This document shows positions 45,735 through 54,096 of a stretch of 64,000 bases of DNA, piece after piece. Numbering within the stretch: the stretch's first letter is position 1; the number at the start of each line of letters is the position of its first letter. Made by a program: the position numbers and the translations under genes. The notes beneath the pieces are model-generated. The model saw nothing but the letters and a program-made list of their open reading frames with translations, made no database searches and had not been told where the DNA came from. The DNA lies in the sequence record MN871447.1; one strand, 5' to 3'.

Positions 45735-47192
45735 ATGGACGTAATCATTGATGGTAAACGTTATATACCAGAAGAACAAGCAGAGAAGAAAATTGGGATA
45801 GCGATCTCCACGCGTAACCGCCACGACGTCCTTAAACGAACGTTAGAACAACACGAAAAGTTTCTACCACCTAACGCCGCGGTTTACATTGTCGACGACG
45901 GGTCTGATACCCCAGTTAAAGGTCCTGAATGGGCTCAGGTACACCGTCACGAGAAAAGTGAAGGGATTGTTGCGGTAAAGAATACTTCGCTTCAGCTTTT
46001 GATTGATGCCGGCTGTGAGCATCTTTACCTCTGGGACGACGACGCCTTCCCTATTGCAGAGAATTGGTGGGTGCCGTATATGGAATCCCCTGAACCGCAT
46101 CTAGGTTATCAATTTAAAGACCTCGCCGGTAAACGGAAAATCAACGATACTATCGAAGTCTTCAATGATGGCAAACATTTCGCGCTTTCGGGTCAGCGTG
46201 GTGTAATGTTGTACTACCATAAATCCGCAATTGATAAAGTCGGTGGTTTTGATCCTATTTACCAACGCGGGATGTATGAACACGTTGACTTAGCATTAAG
46301 AATTCACAATGCTGGGTTAACAACATTTCCTTTTGGCGACGTCGTTGGTAGTAACAAACTTATCTACTCACTCGATGAACATGAAGAAGTGACGCGTTCA
46401 GTCCCGCCAGCTGATCGCCAACAACAGGTCGAACGTAACGTCAAGATTTATAGCGCCAGGCGGAGAGCGCGTTATAGTGGTTTCGCTCCGTACCGTAAAC
46501 CGCGTCGGGTGGTAATGACTTGTCTGCTCACTGGTTGTGTAGACCCGCAGCGTAATCAGCACATGCAGGCGACCCCCGCTTTATTACAAGCGTGGGCGAA
46601 CAGTATTAAGGGCGCAGAGAAAATTGTCTTTGCTGATCAACTCTCAGCGATGACGGGTGTGAATCTGATTAAGGTTCCCGAAGTCAGCAATCTTTCCCCT
46701 TACTTCTTACGCTGGCTGCACATCTACCAATACCTCCGCGATAACCCGGATATTGAACAGGTCTGGTGCACAGACGGAACTGACGTTATCATGTTGAGAG
46801 AACCATGGGAAAGTATGGAGCCCGGTAAACTGTACGTCGGTAACGAACACACCACTTACAGTAACCCGTGGTTTGATAAAGTCAATCACCAGAAATACCT
46901 GAAAAAGTTTATTCAGGAAAATAAAGATCAGCAGGTTGTCAACGCTGGGATTATTGGTGGTTCACGTGAAGACGTCATGAAAGTGGCACACGGGATGATC
47001 GCGCAAGTCTGGAAAATGAAATCAGAAATTTTCTGGCGAGAAGAAACCGGTCCTGAATCAGCGACAGATATGGTAATGTTCGGAATCGAAGTCTTCAAAT
47101 TTGGTGAGAACCTGGTACACGGCCCGATCGTCAACACCGTCTTCAAAGGAAACGGTCACGGCAATGACATCGCTTTCTGGCAGCACAAGTAG
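45735..47192 (+). CDS. Two-domain glycosyltransferase (GT2/GT-A)
   Basis: IAISTRNR, VDDGSD, LWDDD, EHVDL; second domain with WCTDGTDV DxD-like motif and NAGIIGG. Confidence 0.85.
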   Translation: MDVIIDGKRYIPEEQAEKKIGIAISTRNRHDVLKRTLEQHEKFLPPNAAVYIVDDGSDTPVKGPEWAQVHRHEKSEGIVAVKNTSLQLLIDAGCEHLYLWDDDAFPIAENWWVPYMESPEPHLGYQFKDLAGKRKINDTIEVFNDGKHFALSGQRGVMLYYHKSAIDKVGGFDPIYQRGMYEHVDLALRIHNAGLTTFPFGDVVGSNKLIYSLDEHEEVTRSVPPADRQQQVERNVKIYSARRRARYSGFAPYRKPRRVVMTCLLTGCVDPQRNQHMQATPALLQAWANSIKGAEKIVFADQLSAMTGVNLIKVPEVSNLSPYFLRWLHIYQYLRDNPDIEQVWCTDGTDVIMLREPWESMEPGKLYVGNEHTTYSNPWFDKVNHQKYLKKFIQENKDQQVVNAGIIGGSREDVMKVAHGMIAQVWKMKSEIFWREETGPESATDMVMFGIEVFKFGENLVHGPIVNTVFKGNGHGNDIAFWQHK

Positions 47193-47203
47193 AGGTAACT
47201 AAT

Positions 47204-47794
47204 ATGCGTATTGCGGTAGTAGGCCACGTATCAAGGAAGATGGCTATTGAGAAACTCACGAGCGTGCTCCCTTGCGAAGTGTTTCTTGACACAGTAGGGA
47301 CAGGGGCGTTGGCTAACCACATCAAGGCTTTGGAATGGGCAGTCCAACAGGATGAACGCGTTGTTATCATGGAAGACGATGCTATTCCGGTTGAGGGCTT
47401 TATTGAAAAAGCAGAAAAGTGGTTTACTGTTTACCCGGAACAATTCGTCAGTTTTTATCTAGGGACGAGCCGACCACCGCAGTACCAGGAAATAGTAACG
47501 CACTCAATTCTTAACGCTAAACGGTTAGGGCGCGAAGCGATCCGATTAAATCAATTGATTCACGGTGTCTGTTATTCGCCCGCCCCGGGTTCTATTGAAA
47601 AGATCCTAAAGGGAATAGATATGCGAAAACCGGCGGACTTCGCTATCGGGAGTGCGTGGGGTGACCCCGTCTATTACCCCATTAAATCGCTAGTAGAACA
47701 CCGTGACGGTCGTTCAGTGGAAAAGCATACTGACGGTAGGAAAAGTTCAGGGAAACGCGTAGCGCGCTTCTTGGACGGTAATTTGATGTACTAA
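47204..47794 (+). CDS. Glycosyltransferase-like protein (GT25-like)
   Basis: HIKAL...VVIMEDDAIP, HGVCY, PAD, LVEHRD. Confidence 0.65.
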   Translation: MRIAVVGHVSRKMAIEKLTSVLPCEVFLDTVGTGALANHIKALEWAVQQDERVVIMEDDAIPVEGFIEKAEKWFTVYPEQFVSFYLGTSRPPQYQEIVTHSILNAKRLGREAIRLNQLIHGVCYSPAPGSIEKILKGIDMRKPADFAIGSAWGDPVYYPIKSLVEHRDGRSVEKHTDGRKSSGKRVARFLDGNLMY

Positions 47795-47815
47795 AAAAGA
47801 AAGATACGACATAGA

Positions 47816-47850
47816 GTCTCTCCCTTCCTGCCAATGCAGGAAGGGAGAGG
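47816..47850. terminator. Terminator between convergent genes
   Basis: CTCTCCCTTCCTGC-CAAT-GCAGGAAGGGAGAG. Confidence 0.85.
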
Positions 47851-47851
47851 A

Positions 47852-48265
47852 TTATTCTACTAACGTGACGCCTTCAAAGCCATCCACCGTGTAACCGCGA
47901 CATTTAACGAAGGTGATATCAAAAGCGATTTTTCCTAAGTTAAAGAGCGCGTCACCTAAGTCGATCTGTTCAACTTCGATCACGCACGATGCTTCAAATG
48001 TGTAAACCGGCATTTTCTTTTCCGCGACAAAGACAATACGTTTCCCGGAAAGTTCCGCGTCCTTTTTCACTGACTTGATTTTCTCCATCAAGTCTTTCGC
48101 GTTTAAGTCGCCGTACTCGCTGTGAATGAAAAGGATGACCTCCTCTTTCAATTCAGGGGCGACCGCTTTCAAGAAAAGCTCCGCTGCATCCGACGTCTCA
48201 GCGATAATCGATAAGGTATGCTGAGATTTTAAGAACTGAATAAGTAGCTGTTTAACGGGGGTCAT
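47852..48265 (-). CDS. Hypothetical alpha/beta protein, paralog family
   Basis: Pattern similar to 49699, 50064 and 50861. Confidence 0.7.
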   Translation of the reverse strand: MTPVKQLLIQFLKSQHTLSIIAETSDAAELFLKAVAPELKEEVILFIHSEYGDLNAKDLMEKIKSVKKDAELSGKRIVFVAEKKMPVYTFEASCVIEVEQIDLGDALFNLGKIAFDITFVKCRGYTVDGFEGVTLVE

Positions 48266-48463
48266 CTAGAAATCCTTGATAAACGTAATTAAGCTTAGAT
48301 AATGCAACCAGCCGAAGACGACGACACAAACTAACGACTGTAAAACCGCCATCATTTTCTTTTTCAGACCGTCCCGTATTGCAATCCACAGAAAAGCGAA
48401 AATCAGGTTACCGCTCAATAAGACCAATAACCAAAGTAAGGTATTAAGGACGTATGCCATCAA
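48266..48463 (-). CDS. Two-TM membrane protein
   Basis: 65 aa, hydrophobic. Confidence 0.7.
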   Translation of the reverse strand: MMAYVLNTLLWLLVLLSGNLIFAFLWIAIRDGLKKKMMAVLQSLVCVVVFGWLHYLSLITFIKDF

Positions 48464-48582
48464 CAGCCCCGGTAATAGTTTCGAGTTTCCAGAATAACTC
48501 CTTCCCTTCTCGTTTATCAGGGGCAGGGAGTTTCCCTTTACTGACGCGAATACGAACAGCGGATTGGGAGATGCCTAACATT

Positions 48583-49050
48583 TTAGCGACGTCTTTTGTG
48601 TTTTTCAACGGGTTCGTTCCTTATTGAACTGTCTTTGGTAAAGGTGAAGTCAAACGCTTCGATTGATTCTATCTGGGCGATTCTACCGTAGTCAGAATTA
48701 ATGATAAGGGACTGACTACGCATAGCAAAACCAGAAAGGTCTGGAAAAAGATTTCTGAATCCGATCGCCTCGGGGGAAAGCGCAATGTCAGCATAAAGCC
48801 AGATGGCGCCACTGGAACAATTGTTAACGATCTCGTATCCTACCAGATACCCTGCACTTTGATTCCGCGAAAAGGACTTTTCCCAATCATCGGCTTGTGC
48901 GAACGTGACGTAACCAATACTGCCAAAGTTCAGGATCTTCTGCATTTGGGCTTCCAGTCGATCAAGTGTAATGTTGTACTGATCAGCATTACGAAAATCA
49001 CTGGGCGCATTGAAATTCATTAACTCTAAATTCCGTATCAACTCTGACAT
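48583..49050 (-). CDS. Hypothetical protein, possible degenerate prohead-protease-like fold
   Basis: FAMRS...IESIEAFDF C-terminal pattern like 28577. Confidence 0.45.
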   Translation of the reverse strand: MSELIRNLELMNFNAPSDFRNADQYNITLDRLEAQMQKILNFGSIGYVTFAQADDWEKSFSRNQSAGYLVGYEIVNNCSSGAIWLYADIALSPEAIGFRNLFPDLSGFAMRSQSLIINSDYGRIAQIESIEAFDFTFTKDSSIRNEPVEKHKRRR

Positions 49051-49068
49051 TGGCTTTACCCCACGATT

Positions 49069-49596
49069 TTATCCTCCGAAAGAATGGGAGGAAAAAGAAG
49101 AATGCGAACGAGATGTCGAACCAAATCCCGAACGGGTCACTGTTTTCACACCTGAGAAACCATTAGAGGTTCGTGTAGGCGCGAATTCTGTACCGCTACG
49201 AGAACGAAAGGTTTCGCTATTTCGTGATCGATAGAAAGGCTGTGCGTAGCTCCCTGTACCGCCATAGGAATAATAATGCGGGTATGGGTAGAAATGCGAC
49301 CCACCATGGGACGTGTATTCACAGCGATTGTTGTCGTTATCTTTCTCACATTCTTCTTTGGTACGATAGGGTTTTCCTGTCACCTTTGCGTTATCAACTG
49401 CTGACTTATACGCGTTGGTGCAATTAGCAGAATAGTCGTTGAGTGTCTTCTGACATTCTGAGATCGAACCGTATGGGCGATAAGTGTCGTCAGAGACATC
49501 GCACCCAGATAAGAAAGCGCTGGCGATAATCACCCCGCCCGCCAGAATAATTCTTTTACGGAATCTCGCCTTAGAGATATTTTTTGTTCTTTTCAT
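49069..49596 (-). CDS. ygiB: YgiB/DUF1190 family lipoprotein-like protein
   Basis: MKRTKNI...FRK, LSGCD, ECQ...C..AY, ECE...RC, VTRSGFG, Ser/Gly tail, as in E. coli YgiB. Confidence 0.8.
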   Translation of the reverse strand: MKRTKNISKARFRKRIILAGGVIIASAFLSGCDVSDDTYRPYGSISECQKTLNDYSANCTNAYKSAVDNAKVTGKPYRTKEECEKDNDNNRCEYTSHGGSHFYPYPHYYSYGGTGSYAQPFYRSRNSETFRSRSGTEFAPTRTSNGFSGVKTVTRSGFGSTSRSHSSFSSHSFGG

Positions 49597-49698
49597 TACG
49601 CCATCCTTTAAAAGTAAATAATCAAATAAATTCAGCAGTATAAAAAAATAGACAGGGCTACCCCTGTCTACAGTGTAATCGTTTGTTAACGTAGGCGA

Positions 49699-50067
49699 TC
49701 AGTCAGAACGTCGCGCGACCGTCCAGGCAAATCCCCCGCTACCTTTTTGTACTTTGATAACAATATCGGCAGCGAATTTTGTTTTGTTAGTGAGTGCCCT
49801 TACATCTAACGTCAACCATAATTGTCGATTAGCTGCGAGTACCGGTTGCGGTTGAGAAGGGTGTGACAACAGAGTCACGCTATCGAACGTTCCCGTTGAC
49901 GGTATCCCAGGTAAAGAATCAGAAAAAAGTTTCTTTACAGATCTTCCCGTGATCGGTCCAAATTGGTCTTCTGCGAAGGTGAGTAGATCATCCTCAAGTT
50001 CCCCGATGACCAGGACAATTTTATTTTCCTGCCACATCACCGCATTCAACGTATCTTGACAAGTCAT
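49699..50067 (-). CDS. Hypothetical alpha/beta protein, paralog family
   Basis: IVLVIG...LWLTL...FAADIVIKV. Confidence 0.7.
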   Translation of the reverse strand: MTCQDTLNAVMWQENKIVLVIGELEDDLLTFAEDQFGPITGRSVKKLFSDSLPGIPSTGTFDSVTLLSHPSQPQPVLAANRQLWLTLDVRALTNKTKFAADIVIKVQKGSGGFAWTVARRSD

Positions 50068-50513
50068 TCATTTTCTCCACTAAGTTTAGCTAAGCCGCTT
50101 TTTCTTTCAGAACGGTCAAAACCGAAAGTCGTTAAGTGCCCGTTGCTTAACTCGAAATGCGCGATGATGTCCGCTACAAATAATGTTTTGGCCGGGAAAG
50201 CGTAATCTTGATAGAATCCCTGCGCAAATGAACCTTCGGAGAGAAATAATACCGACCCTTTTCTCTTACCAATAGAAGGGAAAATCTGTGAAAGCTGTCT
50301 CGATGTACTAATGAAACGATCGTCCGGATTATAATAGATCGCCATGTCAAAACCGGCATGGCGTTCAATGAGCTGATTTTTACGATTATGGTCTATAGGA
50401 TCTAACCCCAATTCCTTTAATCCCATCAACAACGCTTTTTCATTATTACCTGTAACGAGAACGAATTTTTCATTAGCGTTACTTATTAAAATTTTCAATG
50501 TCTCGATATTCAT
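50064..50513 (-). CDS. Hypothetical alpha/beta protein, paralog family
   Basis: ATG 50513 after GAGGAG; FVLVTG...VLFLS...FVADIIAHF. Confidence 0.7.
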   Translation of the reverse strand: MNIETLKILISNANEKFVLVTGNNEKALLMGLKELGLDPIDHNRKNQLIERHAGFDMAIYYNPDDRFISTSRQLSQIFPSIGKRKGSVLFLSEGSFAQGFYQDYAFPAKTLFVADIIAHFELSNGHLTTFGFDRSERKSGLAKLSGENE

Positions 50514-50568
50514 GATGTTTCTCCTCTGTTTAAAATATAAGTAAGGGGTATTTATACCCCTTACCGTT

Positions 50569-50868
50569 TTATTTGCGATACGCTTTCGTGCCGTTGTCTG
50601 TCTTCTGAGTGTACTTGTTCTCAGAAGGGCAATACGGATCACGGGCAGCATAATCTCCCCCTAAGACAGGCGCAATACTTCTCCCTTCTACGTAGAAGTA
50701 CTCACAACCAGTCGCGTGATCGACGATAATCCGTAAATAACCATCATCCATAGACTTCTTCTCGAAGCGCCCCGCATAGTTATTATCGGGGTCATCCCAC
50801 ACCGTAATAGTGTCAGCTAACGCCCCGTGCGAGAACAACAGTATAAGAACAAGAAAAAGTTTATTCAC
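50569..50868 (-). CDS. Exported small protein (DUF6440-like)
   Basis: Signal peptide; IIVDHATGCEYFY...SIAPVL. Confidence 0.6.
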   Translation of the reverse strand: MNKLFLVLILLFSHGALADTITVWDDPDNNYAGRFEKKSMDDGYLRIIVDHATGCEYFYVEGRSIAPVLGGDYAARDPYCPSENKYTQKTDNGTKAYRK

Positions 50869-51316
50869 TTAACATTACCCCCGAGATACCAAATTTGTTT
50901 CGCCAGACAGAGAAGGAGATTCCTTTCTCAGTGCGTTTAGCTTCTAACAAAACAGATGAAAAGTATTTAATTTCGTCACCTGAACCCCCTACCGAAAGCC
51001 ACAATTTCTTGCCATTAGAAGAATTCGACGAGCGAATGGCTTTCATGACAGAATGAGCAGAATCGATATAACTTGAAATCGGGGACGTTAATTTTTGTTC
51101 GCCTAATCGGTTCTCCCAAAACGTTACGCTGTCAACTTCCCCGTAGCAGAACTTTGTCATGTTCCGTTGCAATAGCGCAATCTGGGCGACATTGGTGACT
51201 TTGTTACTAAAAAGCATGTCAACTGCAGAGAGGAGTAGATCCTCATCTTTAGCGATCACTAGCATTGATGCTTTTTCTTCTTTAAGAAAACTTCCAACAA
51301 TGGATTCTAAATTCAT
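50861..51316 (-). CDS. Hypothetical alpha/beta protein, paralog family
   Basis: MLVIAK...LWLSV...FSSVLLEAK. Confidence 0.7.
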   Translation of the reverse strand: MNLESIVGSFLKEEKASMLVIAKDEDLLLSAVDMLFSNKVTNVAQIALLQRNMTKFCYGEVDSVTFWENRLGEQKLTSPISSYIDSAHSVMKAIRSSNSSNGKKLWLSVGGSGDEIKYFSSVLLEAKRTEKGISFSVWRNKFGISGVMLSE

Positions 51317-51325
51317 TGGATCACC

Positions 51326-51523
51326 TTACTCAATAAATGCAACGAAGATACAGGCTAAGGCGAGCGTACCTGCAGTGAGCGCAGCGTAGACTCCTAACTC
51401 AGGAATGGTTCCACCCACCCCACAAGAGATTAAAGCCAAAAAGCCCATAACTACTATTGCTAATAATCGGAATTTTATTTCTGTTTGCACTTTAATTGGA
51501 CCCTTTTGATTTCCAATTACCAA
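51326..51523 (-). CDS. Two-TM membrane protein
   Basis: 65 aa, hydrophobic hairpin. Confidence 0.65.
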   Translation of the reverse strand: MVIGNQKGPIKVQTEIKFRLLAIVVMGFLALISCGVGGTIPELGVYAALTAGTLALACIFVAFIE

Positions 51524-51555
51524 TTCCTTGGATGGGTTCCATAGCGACCTTCTTG

Positions 51556-52458
51556 CTAGAGTTTACGGTAAACATACCAGTCGTCGTGAATGCCCTCAAA
51601 AGAGACATTTCCCTGACGAAGAAGTTTCGTTAGTTCTTCATCCTCTTCAAATTCCTCATCGACTAACTGGAAGAAATCGTCATCCGCCGTACAACCCCGA
51701 TATTCCCCTTGGCAGAAAAGAAGTTGTCCGGCGTGCATTCGTTTGGCGACATTCGCCAACATAGGCGAGCCAAGCGGTGCCCAAACTGAGATGATCGCAT
51801 CGTAAGGGCCGATCTCGATATCGTCTACGGATGCTTTCAAAAACCATTCTGGTAATTCATCAGTCCACCACTGAGAAGAATAGTTCCCTTCGCAATTATC
51901 TACCGCAATAATGCTGATATCATTATCAAAAAGTTTCTTTGATAACAAACCTTTACCAGCGCCCACTTCACAGACTTTCTTCCCTTTTAAAATATTAACT
52001 AATTGAACCTCCGTTTCTTTACTGAAAGGGACGAACCCATAGAGCTCAATAAATAAATCTCGTTGAGCCCTTCTAAATTCGTAGTTGTCTAAACAATATC
52101 CTTCAGGATAAACTTCAGTAATTTCCTTTTTAGAAGGGAACTCGCCGTCCGCATAAAGGTCTATCAACAATGGCACATCAAAGATATGCCAGAGTTTGGC
52201 CACCGCTATATCCAGAATTCCAGAGAACCATTCAGGGAAACCATCTTTGGATATTTTCTGATAAAACATTAAAGTCGTTAAATAAAAGTAGGACCGTAAC
52301 AGTACCCCTGTTTCCGAAGTCTTGAATAAAGTAAACCGGCGCTCGTTATAATAGACACTCACTCCGTTATACTCACCCAAAAGCATTCCATCCGTGACGT
52401 TAATCCCTTCTACCCCCGCAGGATGCCATTCATTGCCGTAAATAAAGTCTCGAAACAT
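51556..52458 (-). CDS. Protein with C-terminal class I SAM-dependent methyltransferase-like domain
   Basis: VCEVGAGKGLL (motif I), IIAVDN, YDAIISVW. Confidence 0.65.
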   Translation of the reverse strand: MFRDFIYGNEWHPAGVEGINVTDGMLLGEYNGVSVYYNERRFTLFKTSETGVLLRSYFYLTTLMFYQKISKDGFPEWFSGILDIAVAKLWHIFDVPLLIDLYADGEFPSKKEITEVYPEGYCLDNYEFRRAQRDLFIELYGFVPFSKETEVQLVNILKGKKVCEVGAGKGLLSKKLFDNDISIIAVDNCEGNYSSQWWTDELPEWFLKASVDDIEIGPYDAIISVWAPLGSPMLANVAKRMHAGQLLFCQGEYRGCTADDDFFQLVDEEFEEDEELTKLLRQGNVSFEGIHDDWYVYRKL

Positions 52459-53037
52459 TTAAACTCCTTTATTGTTCAACAGGGCTATTTCCATAACGTT
52501 GTTAATTCTATTCCTTTCCGCCAAAGCGACAGCTTGCTTCACGTCATTTAACGCCACCAGAGAAATAAGACCGTCTACATTGAAAAGAATGGCCTCCGCA
52601 TTTCTCGGGCCCGTAAATGATTCAAGAAGAGACGGATTTTTCTTCGGCCGCAGGGTCAGTAGCTTTTCTTCCGCTGCGCTTTTAACTTCGGGGGCGTAAG
52701 AATACCCCATTTCTTCCAACGCGCTAAAATACTCTTTCAATTCATTAATATTGAAAATTGGAAGGATCGTATTGTTAGAAGGGATAAAATGTAGGCGTTT
52801 GTAGAACGCCGTTGTTTTTTCGATCAAGGTAAAACGCGGAACTATTTTATCTTGACTCAACAGGATTTCAAAAAACTCTTCTTCTAAACGAGAATAGATT
52901 TTATCAGGTTCAGAAGCTTTAGCGTAAATAACGGTAGTCTTCCCATTGCGACAATTATCGGCGCAGGTTGCTACGTTATTAACAATGTAAATTTCGCCTT
53001 TATAATGCTTATATACCTGCCCGATAGATATGGTCAT
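52459..53037 (-). CDS. DUF1653-domain protein
   Basis: GQVYKHYKGEIYIV...VIY...YSR..EEF...PRF at the N-terminus. Confidence 0.7.
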   Translation of the reverse strand: MTISIGQVYKHYKGEIYIVNNVATCADNCRNGKTTVIYAKASEPDKIYSRLEEEFFEILLSQDKIVPRFTLIEKTTAFYKRLHFIPSNNTILPIFNINELKEYFSALEEMGYSYAPEVKSAAEEKLLTLRPKKNPSLLESFTGPRNAEAILFNVDGLISLVALNDVKQAVALAERNRINNVMEIALLNNKGV

Positions 53038-53399
53038 TTCCCCGCCTTAAATTCATTAATTTCGATTCCGTAAACTTCGCAACTGATTTCGTTGTATGCT
53101 ACGGCCGCATTGACAGTGAAGCTATTACTATTCCTGTCCATTGCCAATAATCCCAGTGGCAACACTTTAACGTGTTCTTTCACCCTGACACCACCCTGGT
53201 AATAGGCTCCTACCGGTTCGAGAGGACCCGTTACCTCTACCCATTTGTGGTAGGCAAGGTTTTCCACAGAACCCCCGTTAAGAAGTTTCTCTGAGAAATA
53301 TTCACCCATCACAGATTTGAGATGGCCACGGCAATCGACAGCGACCGCATTAAGAGAAACACCCGCCAGTAAAACTGCTAAAATCATCTTTTTCATGTT
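53034..53399 (-). CDS. Exported hypothetical protein
   Basis: Likely start MKKMILAVLLAGVSLNAVA (signal peptide); track start 53420. Confidence 0.7.
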   Translation of the reverse strand, partial: NMKKMILAVLLAGVSLNAVAVDCRGHLKSVMGEYFSEKLLNGGSVENLAYHKWVEVTGPLEPVGAYYQGGVRVKEHVKVLPLGLLAMDRNSNSFTVNAAVAYNEISCEVYGIEINEFKAGK

Positions 53400-53401
53400 T
53401 G

Positions 53402-54043
53402 TTACTCCCAAAACTCCCAATTAATTCCTTTACAAATTTCTTCGATGGTTTCTTTATAAGTTTCACCTAGTGGTCTACGAGAAGAATCGAAGGAAAAAGA
53501 TCCTTCTTCGTTAAAATGATATCGTCGGTCTTCGTCTGTATCAAAATAAAGAACAACTCCGTCTTTAACGAAACGACGTTCTTCAAGACCATCACGCGGG
53601 TAAAGAAATTCACGCCAGCTCGGTTCACGAACGTAACCTTTCCGGGCTGCTAAATGATCAAGTGAAATTTCAGTAACTCTCCATTGTATTTCTGGTCGAG
53701 GGTCACTGTACCCCAAATCGACGAAGAACTGAATGAAGTCGGATACGGCGATATTTGGAATTATACCTTTGAATATCGCCGATTGGAAGAGGATATTTCC
53801 ATCTTTGATTTCTACCGTCAGATCACTCGGTGTAAATATTTGAGTGTTATTTTCGACTTTTAAGTGCGCGAAAATACGAAACGCAAATGAACCTGTTACA
53901 TTCTCTTCGTTGATAGATAAGAATTCTAACAGTTTAGAAATGTACTTCCCTTTCGTTAAACGATTGAATTCGAATGCCAAAGAAAGATTTCCTTCGACCA
54001 ATTCAAAGCGCACCTCTTCCCACTTTAAATTAAACTTACCCAT
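53402..54043 (-). CDS. Hypothetical protein
   Basis: 213-aa ORF, GGAG RBS. Confidence 0.75.
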   Translation of the reverse strand: MGKFNLKWEEVRFELVEGNLSLAFEFNRLTKGKYISKLLEFLSINEENVTGSFAFRIFAHLKVENNTQIFTPSDLTVEIKDGNILFQSAIFKGIIPNIAVSDFIQFFVDLGYSDPRPEIQWRVTEISLDHLAARKGYVREPSWREFLYPRDGLEERRFVKDGVVLYFDTDEDRRYHFNEEGSFSFDSSRRPLGETYKETIEEICKGINWEFWE

Positions 54044-54070
54044 TTGATTTACTCCAATTCATCTAAAAAG

Positions 54071-54093
54071 AAAAGGGCGGAAACCGCCCTTTA
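54071..54093 (-). terminator. Intrinsic terminator
   Basis: AAAGGGCGG-AAA-CCGCCCTTT with a T-tract on the minus strand. Confidence 0.8.
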
Positions 54094-54096
54094 TCG

